A program made the position numbers and the translations under genes. From NCBI GenBank assembly GCA_024711155.1, contig JANJTK010000197.1:4739-68738 (forward strand): a stretch of DNA of 64,000 nucleotides. The letters run 5' to 3'. Under the pieces are notes generated by a model. The model was given only the letters and a program-made list of their open reading frames with translations. It was not told the origin of the DNA and did not search any database. Source of the stretch: Burkholderiaceae bacterium. GTDB lineage: Bacteria > Pseudomonadota > Gammaproteobacteria > Burkholderiales > Burkholderiaceae_E. Shown here piece by piece: positions 36,609 through 45,040 of the stretch. The stretch's first letter is position 1. Every line of letters begins with the position of its first letter.

Positions 36609-38156
36609 CTATCGCGCCGTCGCGTGCCCGTCGCGAAGCGCCTTCTTGTCCACCTTGCCCACGGTGGTCCGCGGAATCGCATCGACGAATTCGACGGCCG
36701 CCGGCACCTTGTACCGGGCCAGGTTCGCACGGCAGTGCTCGAGCACGTCCTCGGCATCGAGTTTCGCACCGGCGCGACGAACCACGTAGGCCCGGATCAC
36801 CTCGCCACGGTAAGGATCGGGCACGCCGACCGCGGCCGCCTCGGCGATCCCGGGATGCGCGTGAAGCACCTCGTCGACTTCCCGCGGGTAGACGTTGTAG
36901 CCGCCGACGATGGCCATGTCCTTCTTGCGATCGCGGATGAACAGGTTGCCGTCGGGGTCGAGTTCGCCCATGTCGCCCGTGTAGAGCCAGCCGTCGCGCA
37001 AGGCCTCGGCGGTCTCCTGCGGTCGGTTCCGGTAGCCGGCCATCACCTGCGGCCCCCGCGCCCGGACCTCGCCGATGCTCCCCACCGGCAGCACGGTGGT
37101 CCCGTTCTCGACGTCGACGATCTGGATCTCGGTTCCCGGAAGCGCGGGCCCCGACGATCCAGGCTCGAGCGCAGTACCCTCGCGAACGTAGGTGAGGACC
37201 GGCCCCGCCTCGGTCTGCCCGAAGCCCTCCAGGATCGGCGTCCCGGTCCGCTCGTACCAGCGCTTCATCGTCTCCTCAGGCAACGGAGCCGACCCGGAGT
37301 AACAGGTCCTCAGGCTCGAGAAGTCCGCTTGCGCGAAGCCCTCGAAACCCATCAGGCCGATGAAGATCGTCGGACCGGCTGGAAGCCGGGTGATCCGCTC
37401 CCTGCGGATCACGTCGAGGAGCCAGTCGGGGCGGTACCTGGGCATGATGACCAGCTTGCCTCGGCAATAGCAGGCCAGATGCAGGCACATCGCCACCGCA
37501 AAGACGTGGAACAACGGCATCACGCACACGATGTTCTCGTCGCCGGGTCGCGTCGGCAGGGCCGCTTCGCGCTGGCTCACGTTCACCGCCATCTGGCCGT
37601 GCGTGATGTTGACGCCCTTCGGAAGACCGGTGGTTCCGCCCGTGTACTGCAGCGTCGCGAGATCCCCCGGGCCCGGGAGCGGCTCGGGCAATCCCGCGCC
37701 AGGGTCGTCTCGCCAGCCGTCCAGAAGGCGCCCCCCTTCCCCCAGCCGGATCGAGTGCGGAACGCCGAGCGCCGCCAGCAGCGGTTCGACCGTCGCAGCG
37801 CTCTCGCCGTCGTACAGCAGCACCGCCGGCTCGGCGTCGCGGATGATGTGCGTCAGTTCCCGAGCGGTGTAGATCGGGTTGATCGGTGTGGCCTGCGCGC
37901 CGGCAGCGTGCGCGGCGAACATGGCCACCGCCATCTCGAGGGAGTTTCCGCACACCAGCGCAACGCGCGACCCTCGCGCACCGAGCGAGACGAGTTCGCT
38001 GGCGAAGCCCCCGACGCAGCGGAGGTATTCCGCATACGTCAGGGACCGCTCGCCGCACACCAGCGCCACCGCATCGGGCGACTGCGTGGCGGCATCCGAC
38101 AGCATGTGCACCACCGTCGGATGCACGCGCGGCAAGCCCGAAAGGTCCGGCATCAT
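36609..38156 (-). CDS. AMP-forming acyl/aryl-CoA ligase (ANL superfamily)
   Basis: From ORF 36609..38492, trimmed to ATG 38156 (AAGAGGG 6 nt upstream; 515 aa). Motifs LQYTGGTTGLPKGV, GFGQTEAG, YTGDMG and RTTVGKVDKK are present. Confidence 0.85.
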   Translation of the reverse strand: MMPDLSGLPRVHPTVVHMLSDAATQSPDAVALVCGERSLTYAEYLRCVGGFASELVSLGARGSRVALVCGNSLEMAVAMFAAHAAGAQATPINPIYTARELTHIIRDAEPAVLLYDGESAATVEPLLAALGVPHSIRLGEGGRLLDGWRDDPGAGLPEPLPGPGDLATLQYTGGTTGLPKGVNITHGQMAVNVSQREAALPTRPGDENIVCVMPLFHVFAVAMCLHLACYCRGKLVIMPRYRPDWLLDVIRRERITRLPAGPTIFIGLMGFEGFAQADFSSLRTCYSGSAPLPEETMKRWYERTGTPILEGFGQTEAGPVLTYVREGTALEPGSSGPALPGTEIQIVDVENGTTVLPVGSIGEVRARGPQVMAGYRNRPQETAEALRDGWLYTGDMGELDPDGNLFIRDRKKDMAIVGGYNVYPREVDEVLHAHPGIAEAAAVGVPDPYRGEVIRAYVVRRAGAKLDAEDVLEHCRANLARYKVPAAVEFVDAIPRTTVGKVDKKALRDGHATAR

Positions 38157-38239
38157 CGGCAACCCTCTTCTTCCCCTGCTGCCCGGTGCGGCAGCTCGAA
38201 CTGCGACGGGGCCGGATCGCCGGCCCCGGGTTGCCGCTC

Positions 38240-40186
38240 CTACCAGCCGGCGGGCCGCGAGATCGTGATGTGCGGCTTGACCTCTTCCTCCGTCGGCACC
38301 CATCCCGGAAGGATGTGCTTGCCCAGCGGGTGCAGCTGGTAGGGCGCCGTGCCCTCCGCGAACCCGGTCTTGCGCATGTTGGCGCGCAAGCTCGCGGTGG
38401 CTTTCTCGTCGATCCGGAAGTCGCAGGCCTCGGCGTCGACCTCGTCGATCACGACCCCGTAGAAGTCGCGCGCTGCGGCGACGCTGAGCCACTCGTCCTT
38501 GACGTCTTCGAGCACCAGCTCGGGTTCGCGGTCCAGCGGATTGCCGAAGCCGCCGCCGCCGCTGGACGAATAATAGATCTTGTCGCCCTTCTTCAACTCG
38601 ACGCCGGTGGCGTACATTCCGGCGTTGAACTCGCGGTCGGTGCCCTTGTTGACGATCAGCATGCTGCCGCCGCCGTTGAGGCCGCCGGAGAGGCCGAAGG
38701 GGCCGAACTTCTCACGGTCGCCGTGAATCGTCATGGTGACGTCGGTCTGCACTTCCAGCTCGCGCACCAGCGCAAAGCCGCCGCGCCGCATGCCGTGGCC
38801 GCACGAATCGACGCGCGCCTCGTAGGCCGTGTACACGACCGGGAACCAGCGCTCCTCGAGCTCCTGCGGAATCGTCCTCGCGTTGCAGAAGCGCATGAAG
38901 ATCAGCGACTTGCCGTCCTTGAACGTGCGCGCATTCTCGCCGCCCACGGCGTAGGTGTACTGGACGAACTCCTTCTTCGTGCGCGGGTTGAAGCCGCCCA
39001 TGCAGAGGTTGGTCAGGCTGACCGCCGCCGGATAGACGCGCCACGGCTGCACCTTGCCCAACGGCCCTCCGAGGCACGCAATGGTCACGGCCTCGATCTT
39101 GTCGAAAGCGCCCGAGCAGTATCCGGTCGTGGGCGCAGGGAAGTCGACGTCGACGCAGGTGCCCCGCTTCGAGATGATCTCGAGGTTGCGGACGATCCCG
39201 TGGTTGAGCGGAAACAGCGACGGGAAGCAGATCATGAAGCCGAGATAGGTGCCGCCGATCAGCGTGGCCCGCGTGCCGCCCCAGGAGGCCCGCGGCTGCT
39301 TGTCCGAGTCGGTCCAGTCGAAGGTGAGCTTGGTGCCCTTCTTCGTCATCACGCAGTGCACGCGGATCGGCGGCTTGCCGGGCGACATCACGTCCTGGTC
39401 GCCGAAGTCCTCGAATTGCCAGGTGCCGTCGGGCAGCGCGGCCAGCTCGGCCAGCATCATGCGCTCGGTGTAGTTGAACTGTTCCTCGTAGGCCTGGAAC
39501 AGCGTCTCGACCCCGTAGCGCTCGCACAGCTCGACCACCCGCCGGTCGATCAGGCTCGAGGCCTCGAACTGCGCCTGCAGGTCGGCCCGGCGCTCGATCG
39601 AGCCGCGGATGTTGATGGCGATCAGGCTGAACAGCTCCTCGTCGAGCTTGTTCTCCTTGAACAACCGGATCGGCGGGATGCGGATGCCCTCCGCATAGCA
39701 GCTGGTCGCCTCGGGGTTGAAAGTGCCGGGCAGCGGCCCTCCCATGTCGGCCCAGTGGATCACCGTGCACGCGAACGCGACGATCTGGCCGCGGAAGAAG
39801 ATCGGCCGGATCATCCGCGTGTCGTTGACGTGCGAACCGGTGCGATACGGGTCGCTGAACAGGAAGGTGTCCCCTGGCTTCATGCTCTCGCGGGAGATGT
39901 CCTTCAGCAGTTCCTGCACCGACGGCTCGAACGACGCATAGTGCGCCGCCGCATCGGTATGTCCGTGCGCGACCAGCCGCGCATCGGGCGTGAGGATCGC
40001 GTTGGAGCGGTCACGCCCCATCCCGATCACCGGATGGTAGGCGATGCGCTCGATGGTCGTCGACGCCTCGTAGCAGGCGGCAACGAACGCGTTGCGCATC
40101 ACCTCGAAGGTGATCAGGTCCATGCCGAGGCCCGCATCCTCGATCTTCTCTTTGACGGCTGTGGCTGTGCTCGATTTCTGCGACAT
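38240..40186 (-). CDS. hydantoinase B/oxoprolinase family subunit (HyuB-like)
   Basis: From ORF 38240..40573, trimmed to ATG 40186 (GAAGGA 7 nt upstream, 13 nt after the hyuA stop; 648 aa). The product reads DLITFEVMRNAFVAACYEASTTIERIAYHPVI, with SSSGGGGFGNPLDREPELVLEDV. Confidence 0.85.
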   Translation of the reverse strand: MSQKSSTATAVKEKIEDAGLGMDLITFEVMRNAFVAACYEASTTIERIAYHPVIGMGRDRSNAILTPDARLVAHGHTDAAAHYASFEPSVQELLKDISRESMKPGDTFLFSDPYRTGSHVNDTRMIRPIFFRGQIVAFACTVIHWADMGGPLPGTFNPEATSCYAEGIRIPPIRLFKENKLDEELFSLIAINIRGSIERRADLQAQFEASSLIDRRVVELCERYGVETLFQAYEEQFNYTERMMLAELAALPDGTWQFEDFGDQDVMSPGKPPIRVHCVMTKKGTKLTFDWTDSDKQPRASWGGTRATLIGGTYLGFMICFPSLFPLNHGIVRNLEIISKRGTCVDVDFPAPTTGYCSGAFDKIEAVTIACLGGPLGKVQPWRVYPAAVSLTNLCMGGFNPRTKKEFVQYTYAVGGENARTFKDGKSLIFMRFCNARTIPQELEERWFPVVYTAYEARVDSCGHGMRRGGFALVRELEVQTDVTMTIHGDREKFGPFGLSGGLNGGGSMLIVNKGTDREFNAGMYATGVELKKGDKIYYSSSGGGGFGNPLDREPELVLEDVKDEWLSVAAARDFYGVVIDEVDAEACDFRIDEKATASLRANMRKTGFAEGTAPYQLHPLGKHILPGWVPTEEEVKPHITISRPAGW

Positions 40187-40199
40187 GATTTCGTCCTTC

Positions 40200-42257
40200 T
40201 CAGCGCTCGACCTGGATGATGAGATTGCCATAGTTGTCGACCCGGCAGTGGGTCCGCGGCGGCATGACCACCGTCGTGTCGGCCTGCTCCACGATCGCGG
40301 GGCCGTCGAAGGTGGCTCCAGCCGGCAGCAACTCGCGCTGATAGATGTCCGTCTGCACGAATCCCGCGTCCTGGAACCAGACCATCCGGTTGCACTTGTG
40401 CGCATCGCGCAAGGTGCTGGTGCGTTCGATCGGCTGCAGGTCGGGCTTCTCGATCCGGCCCCTGACCACGACCCGCAGGTTGACGATCTCCACCGGCGCG
40501 TAGCCGGGCGGCAGCGTATAGCCGTAGGCCTCGCGCATCGCCCCCATGAAGGTGGTGGTGATTCCGTCGACATTGTCGATGCGGCCCGGCTCGACGGCCA
40601 CCGTGAAGAACCTGCTCTGGCTGAAGTACTTCACGTCGGCCAGCCGCTCCACGACGATGTCCGTTTCGGCGATGCCCTCGCTCTTCAGGATGCCGACCGC
40701 GCGCTTGACCAGCGCGTCGAACTCGTCGTTGAGCCAGCCGAAGTCGATCTCTTCCTCGACCTTGTGGATCGGCGTGGTGAATTCCTGCTTCATGTCGACG
40801 CGGATCGCGCCGAACGCCGAGGCGTAGCCGGGCAGCGGCGGCACCACGACGGTCGGGGAGCCGATCTCGCGCGCCAGGTCGCACGCATAGAGCGAGCCTC
40901 CGCCGCCATACGGAACGATCGCGAAGTCGCGCGGATCCCACCCACGCGCGACCGTCTGGATGCGCATCGCCATCATCAGGTTCGCCATGGCCACGCGGTA
41001 CATGTTGGCGGCCGATTCCTCGGCGGTCCAGCCGTAGTGCGATCCGATCTTCTCCGAGAGCGCCTTGCGCGACAGATTGCCGTCGACCTTCAGCTCGCCG
41101 CCGAGGTAGTACTCGGGATCGATCCGGCCGAGCACGATCTGGCAGTCAGTGTTGGTGGGCTCCTCGCCCCCCTGCCCGTAGCACGCCGGCCCCGGGACCG
41201 CGCCCATGCTCTGCGGCCCGACGTTCAGGATCTTGCCCTTGTCGACCCAGCCGATCGAACCTCCGCCCGAACCGATGTACACGGTGTCGACCGAGGGCAG
41301 GCAGCACGGCACGTTCCAGAGGATCTTCCACTCGTGCGTGATCGCCGGCGAACCGCGATAGATCATCGAGACGTTGTTGGTCGTGCCGCCCGTCTCGAAC
41401 GCGATCACGTTCTCGAAGCCGGCCAGCGACCCGATGTAGCCTGCCATCCCCACCGCGCCCGACACCGGCGAGGAATGGAAGGTCTTGGCGGGCATCTTCG
41501 CCGCCTCGTCCATGCCGATCACGCCGCCGCCCGAGGTGGTCACGAGGATCGGGCCGTTGAAGTTCCAGTCCTTCTTGAGCCGGCTCGACAGGCCGCTCAG
41601 GTAGTTCTTGAGGATCGGCGCGATGTACGCGTTCAGGACGGTCGTGCAGGTGCGCTCGAACTCGAGCATCTGCGGCAGCACCTCGTGCGACAGCGTGACG
41701 TCGACGCCCGGAAGCTCCCGCTGCAGGATCTCGCGCGTGCGCACTTCATGCGCGGGATTCATGAACGAGTCCATGTAGACGACCGCGACGGACTCGACAC
41801 CGCGCTTGCGGCACTTGCGCGCGGCCGTAACCACGTCTTCCTCGCTCAGCGGCGTGAGGATCTCCCCGTACGGGCTGACGCGCTCGCGCACGGTCAGCAC
41901 GTCGCGGCGCGGGATGATCAGCTCGGGCGGATCCCAGTCCAGCTCAAACGCGGAGATGCGTTCCGCGCGCCCGCCGCCGAGCACGTCCCGGAAGCCGACC
42001 GTCGTGATGAGCGCCGTCTTCACCCCCTTGCGCTCGAGGATCGCGTTGGTCGACACCGTGGCGCCGTGCCGGAACGATGCAACGTCTTCGCCCCGCAGGC
42101 CGGCCCGCTTGAGCCCGTTGATCACGCCGTCGAAGAAGGTCGGGGGAGTCGAGGGCACCTTGCCGATGCGCTGCTCGCCCGTCTCTAGATTCACGCCGAT
42201 CACGTCGGTGAAGGTTCCACCGATGTCCGTGCCGACGACCCATTTCCCCTTGCCCAT
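40200..42257 (-). CDS. hydantoinase A/oxoprolinase family subunit (HyuA-like, ATP-binding actin-like fold)
   Basis: From ORF 40200..42299, trimmed to ATG 42257 (GGAGG 4-5 nt upstream; 685 aa). Motifs VGTDIGGTFTDVI, VSTNAILERKG and FETGGTT are present. Confidence 0.85.
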   Translation of the reverse strand: MGKGKWVVGTDIGGTFTDVIGVNLETGEQRIGKVPSTPPTFFDGVINGLKRAGLRGEDVASFRHGATVSTNAILERKGVKTALITTVGFRDVLGGGRAERISAFELDWDPPELIIPRRDVLTVRERVSPYGEILTPLSEEDVVTAARKCRKRGVESVAVVYMDSFMNPAHEVRTREILQRELPGVDVTLSHEVLPQMLEFERTCTTVLNAYIAPILKNYLSGLSSRLKKDWNFNGPILVTTSGGGVIGMDEAAKMPAKTFHSSPVSGAVGMAGYIGSLAGFENVIAFETGGTTNNVSMIYRGSPAITHEWKILWNVPCCLPSVDTVYIGSGGGSIGWVDKGKILNVGPQSMGAVPGPACYGQGGEEPTNTDCQIVLGRIDPEYYLGGELKVDGNLSRKALSEKIGSHYGWTAEESAANMYRVAMANLMMAMRIQTVARGWDPRDFAIVPYGGGGSLYACDLAREIGSPTVVVPPLPGYASAFGAIRVDMKQEFTTPIHKVEEEIDFGWLNDEFDALVKRAVGILKSEGIAETDIVVERLADVKYFSQSRFFTVAVEPGRIDNVDGITTTFMGAMREAYGYTLPPGYAPVEIVNLRVVVRGRIEKPDLQPIERTSTLRDAHKCNRMVWFQDAGFVQTDIYQRELLPAGATFDGPAIVEQADTTVVMPPRTHCRVDNYGNLIIQVER

Positions 42258-42414
42258 TTCACCTCCGTTTCGTCGCGCGCCAACGCGGTCGCGCGACATC
42301 GTGTTCGGGATTCGCGAAGACGATGCCGACCCCCGTCTGCATCGCTCTTTAAGGAACGGTATTCATTTTTCGGCTGTCAGTCAAGAGCCGCGCCCGGCAT
42401 CGCTCGTCCTCCGC

Positions 42415-43206
42415 TCAGACGGTCTCGAGGCTGCGTCCGGGCATGTAGTGGAGGACCGCACGTTCCGCCGCCACAACCGCGGCGTAAGCAAGGATTCCGA
42501 TCACCGTGAGCACCACGATCGTGACGAACACCATCGCCGTGTTCGCCTGCCCCTCGCCGAACACCAGCAGGTACCCGAGCCCCGAGTTGCCGCCGACCAT
42601 CTCGCCGACCAGGACACCGATGACGGCCAGCGTCGAGGCGATTCGCAGGCCCGAGAACAGCGGCGGCATCGACGCCGGGAACTCGAGTTTCCAGAACAAT
42701 TGCAGGCGCGTCGCGCTGAACGAACGAACGAGGTTGATCATGTCGCGATCGAGCGTGTGCATTGCCCCGAGGACGTTCACCATCACCGGGAAGAACACGA
42801 TCAGCACCGCGACCAGGATCTTCGGGTAGATCGTGTAGCCGAACCACATGACGAACAGCGGCGCGAACGCGACCTTCGGGGCGATCTGCATCGCAAGGAT
42901 GTAGGGCGACAGCACCATCTCGGCTGTGGGCGAGACTCCCAGGCCATAGCCGACGATCATGCCGAGAAGGCTGCCGAGGATGAACCCGATCACCACCTCC
43001 GCCAGCGTCACTCCCGTGTGGAAGAGCAGCTTCTCGACCCGGACCATGCGCCCGGCCTCGACGATCACGTCGGAGAGCGGCGGGATGATGAATTCGGGGA
43101 TGCCCGTCAACCCGGGCAGCCATTGCCATGCGGCGGCGAAGGCCGCCAGCAGGGCAAGGCTGCCCGACAGGGCAGACCGCCCCGAGCCTCGAGGCGCGGC
43201 GGCCAT
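42415..43206 (-). CDS. ABC transporter permease (NitT/TauT nitrate/sulfonate/taurine-type)
   Basis: ORF 42415..43206. It is a BPD-type inner-membrane component (LVRSFSATRLQLFWKLEFPASMP). Confidence 0.8.
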   Translation of the reverse strand: MAAAPRGSGRSALSGSLALLAAFAAAWQWLPGLTGIPEFIIPPLSDVIVEAGRMVRVEKLLFHTGVTLAEVVIGFILGSLLGMIVGYGLGVSPTAEMVLSPYILAMQIAPKVAFAPLFVMWFGYTIYPKILVAVLIVFFPVMVNVLGAMHTLDRDMINLVRSFSATRLQLFWKLEFPASMPPLFSGLRIASTLAVIGVLVGEMVGGNSGLGYLLVFGEGQANTAMVFVTIVVLTVIGILAYAAVVAAERAVLHYMPGRSLETV

Positions 43207-43209
43207 GGC

Positions 43210-44199
43210 CTAGCGGACGAACTGGTTGGTGTAGAGGTCGGCGATCGGCGTCTTCGTGCGCACGATCCCCTGCGACACGTAGAAGTCCTGCAGCTTGACG
43301 AGCCGCGCCTCGTCCATTTCCCCGAGCACTGCCTGTCCCGGATAGACGCGCTCGGCGTAATAGCCGAGGATCTTCGCCATCGCAGCCTCCTTGCCGGCGT
43401 GCTGGGGCACCGCAGCAACATACGCCTGCGCCGCCGCCTTCGGATCCTTCATCACTTCCGCCACCGCCCTGAGGGTCGCGCGCACGAAGCCGCGCACCGC
43501 CTGCGGCTTCTTCGCGATCGTGGCGTCGGATGCGATGATCGCCTGCGCCATGCCGGGGAAGTACTGATCGACCGAAATCCAGTTGAGCCGGATTCCCGCA
43601 TCCTCGACCGCGGCGCCCCACTCCGGAACGGCCGCTGCCGCGACGGCATCCCCGCTGATCATCAGCTTCGAGACTCCGGCGGGCCCGACGGCCTGGGCAT
43701 TGACGTCGTTCTTGCCCAGGTTGAAGGCCGCCAGGGCGCCGAGAAGCGCGTAATACGTCGTGTCCTGGTAGGCCATGACCGCAATGGTCTTGCCCTTCAG
43801 GTCAGCCGGGCTGCGGATTCCGGAATCCGCCCTCGAGATCAGTTGCGTCAGCGCGCGCCCCCCGAGCACCGCCACCGTCTTCACCGGCACGCCGTTGGGT
43901 CGCACGATCACCGAGGTGTCGCCGATGCCGCCGCCCATGTCGGCGTTGCCGGCGCCCACCTGCTTGGCGACGTCGGCGCCCCCCTTGCCGACGACGAACT
44001 CGACCTCGACGCCCTCCGCCGCGTAGTACCCCTTCGCCTGCGCGAGCATGAACGGCGCAAAGGCGGGCAGCACGGCCGGCGCCGGGAACAGGTAGGTGAT
44101 CTTCTCCGCCGCGCTGGCAGCTCCTGCCGGCAGGAGCGCAGCCGCGAGACCCAGGGCCAGCGTGAGCTGGCGCAATGCAGCAAACGTCTTCCTCAACAT
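43210..44199 (-). CDS. ABC transporter substrate-binding protein (NMT1/THI5-like, NitT/TauT family)
   Basis: From ORF 43210..44634, trimmed to ATG 44199 (GAGGAG 8 nt upstream; 329 aa). The signal peptide ends PAGAASAAE. Confidence 0.75.
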   Translation of the reverse strand: MLRKTFAALRQLTLALGLAAALLPAGAASAAEKITYLFPAPAVLPAFAPFMLAQAKGYYAAEGVEVEFVVGKGGADVAKQVGAGNADMGGGIGDTSVIVRPNGVPVKTVAVLGGRALTQLISRADSGIRSPADLKGKTIAVMAYQDTTYYALLGALAAFNLGKNDVNAQAVGPAGVSKLMISGDAVAAAAVPEWGAAVEDAGIRLNWISVDQYFPGMAQAIIASDATIAKKPQAVRGFVRATLRAVAEVMKDPKAAAQAYVAAVPQHAGKEAAMAKILGYYAERVYPGQAVLGEMDEARLVKLQDFYVSQGIVRTKTPIADLYTNQFVR

Positions 44200-44225
44200 G
44201 ACCTGTCTCCTCGTGTCAGTGGCGA

Positions 44226-45020
44226 TCAGTGATCGCCTTCGTTGATGTGCAACAGTGCCATCAGTTCGCGAACGTACTCGGTCATCCGGGTGCTCTGGCG
44301 GCGGGCGAACGGATTCGCTCGATCCGGAATGTCGACCACGATTTCCCGCACGATGGTGCCGGGCCGCTGGCTCATCACCAGGACGCGATCCGACAGCGCC
44401 ACCGCCTCGGCGAGATCGTGAGTGATGAACAGGGCGGTCCTGCGCTCCTGCGCAAACGCGCGGCTGAAATCGCTCTGGAGAACCATCTTGGTCTGCGCAT
44501 CGACTGCCGAGAACGGCTCGTCGAGCAGAATCACGTCCGGATCGACGGCAAGCGTGCGCGCGAGCGCCGCGCGCTGGCGCATGCCACCGGAAAGCTGGTG
44601 CGGGTAGTGATGACCGAACTTGCCCAGGCGGCATCGTTCGAGGTGGTCGGCGGCCCGGGCCCGGCGAGTCTCGCGGGGTTCTCCGCGGATCTCGAGGCCG
44701 AGTTCGATGTTCCCGAGGATCGTCCGCCAGGGCATCAGCAGGTCCTTCTGGAGCATGAAGGCCACCTGGCGATTCGGTCCTTCCACGCGATGCCCGTCGA
44801 CGAAGACCTCGCCGGCGTTGGGCCGGTCGAGACCGGCGGCCATCGTCAGCAGCGTGCTCTTGCCGCAGCCGCTGGGACCGATCAGCGAAACGACTTCGCC
44901 GTCACCGATGGCAAGACTGACATCGGTGACGGCGACCACCGGCTCGGCCACGCCGCCCCCCCGGCCCTTCACGTTGAAGCACCGGGTCACCTTCCGGAAT
45001 TCCAGGCGCGGCGCGGCCAT
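44226..45020 (-). CDS. ABC transporter ATP-binding protein (NitT/TauT family)
   Basis: From ORF 44226..45074, trimmed to ATG 45020 (GGGAGG upstream, 20 nt after the UbiD stop). Motifs GPSGCGKST, LSGGMRQR and ILLDEPFSAVD are present. Confidence 0.85.
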   Translation of the reverse strand: MAAPRLEFRKVTRCFNVKGRGGGVAEPVVAVTDVSLAIGDGEVVSLIGPSGCGKSTLLTMAAGLDRPNAGEVFVDGHRVEGPNRQVAFMLQKDLLMPWRTILGNIELGLEIRGEPRETRRARAADHLERCRLGKFGHHYPHQLSGGMRQRAALARTLAVDPDVILLDEPFSAVDAQTKMVLQSDFSRAFAQERRTALFITHDLAEAVALSDRVLVMSQRPGTIVREIVVDIPDRANPFARRQSTRMTEYVRELMALLHINEGDH

Positions 45021-45040
45021 GGCCTCCCCCGGGGACCGAG

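Noticed and set aside
38240-42257. HyuA/HyuB pair as acetone or acetophenone carboxylase.
   Set aside because: No gamma (AcxC-like) or additional Apc subunit genes are present, and the subunit sizes fit the two-component hydantoinase/oxoprolinase/caprolactamase type. A carboxylase-type activation role cannot be excluded, but the specific annotation is unsupported.
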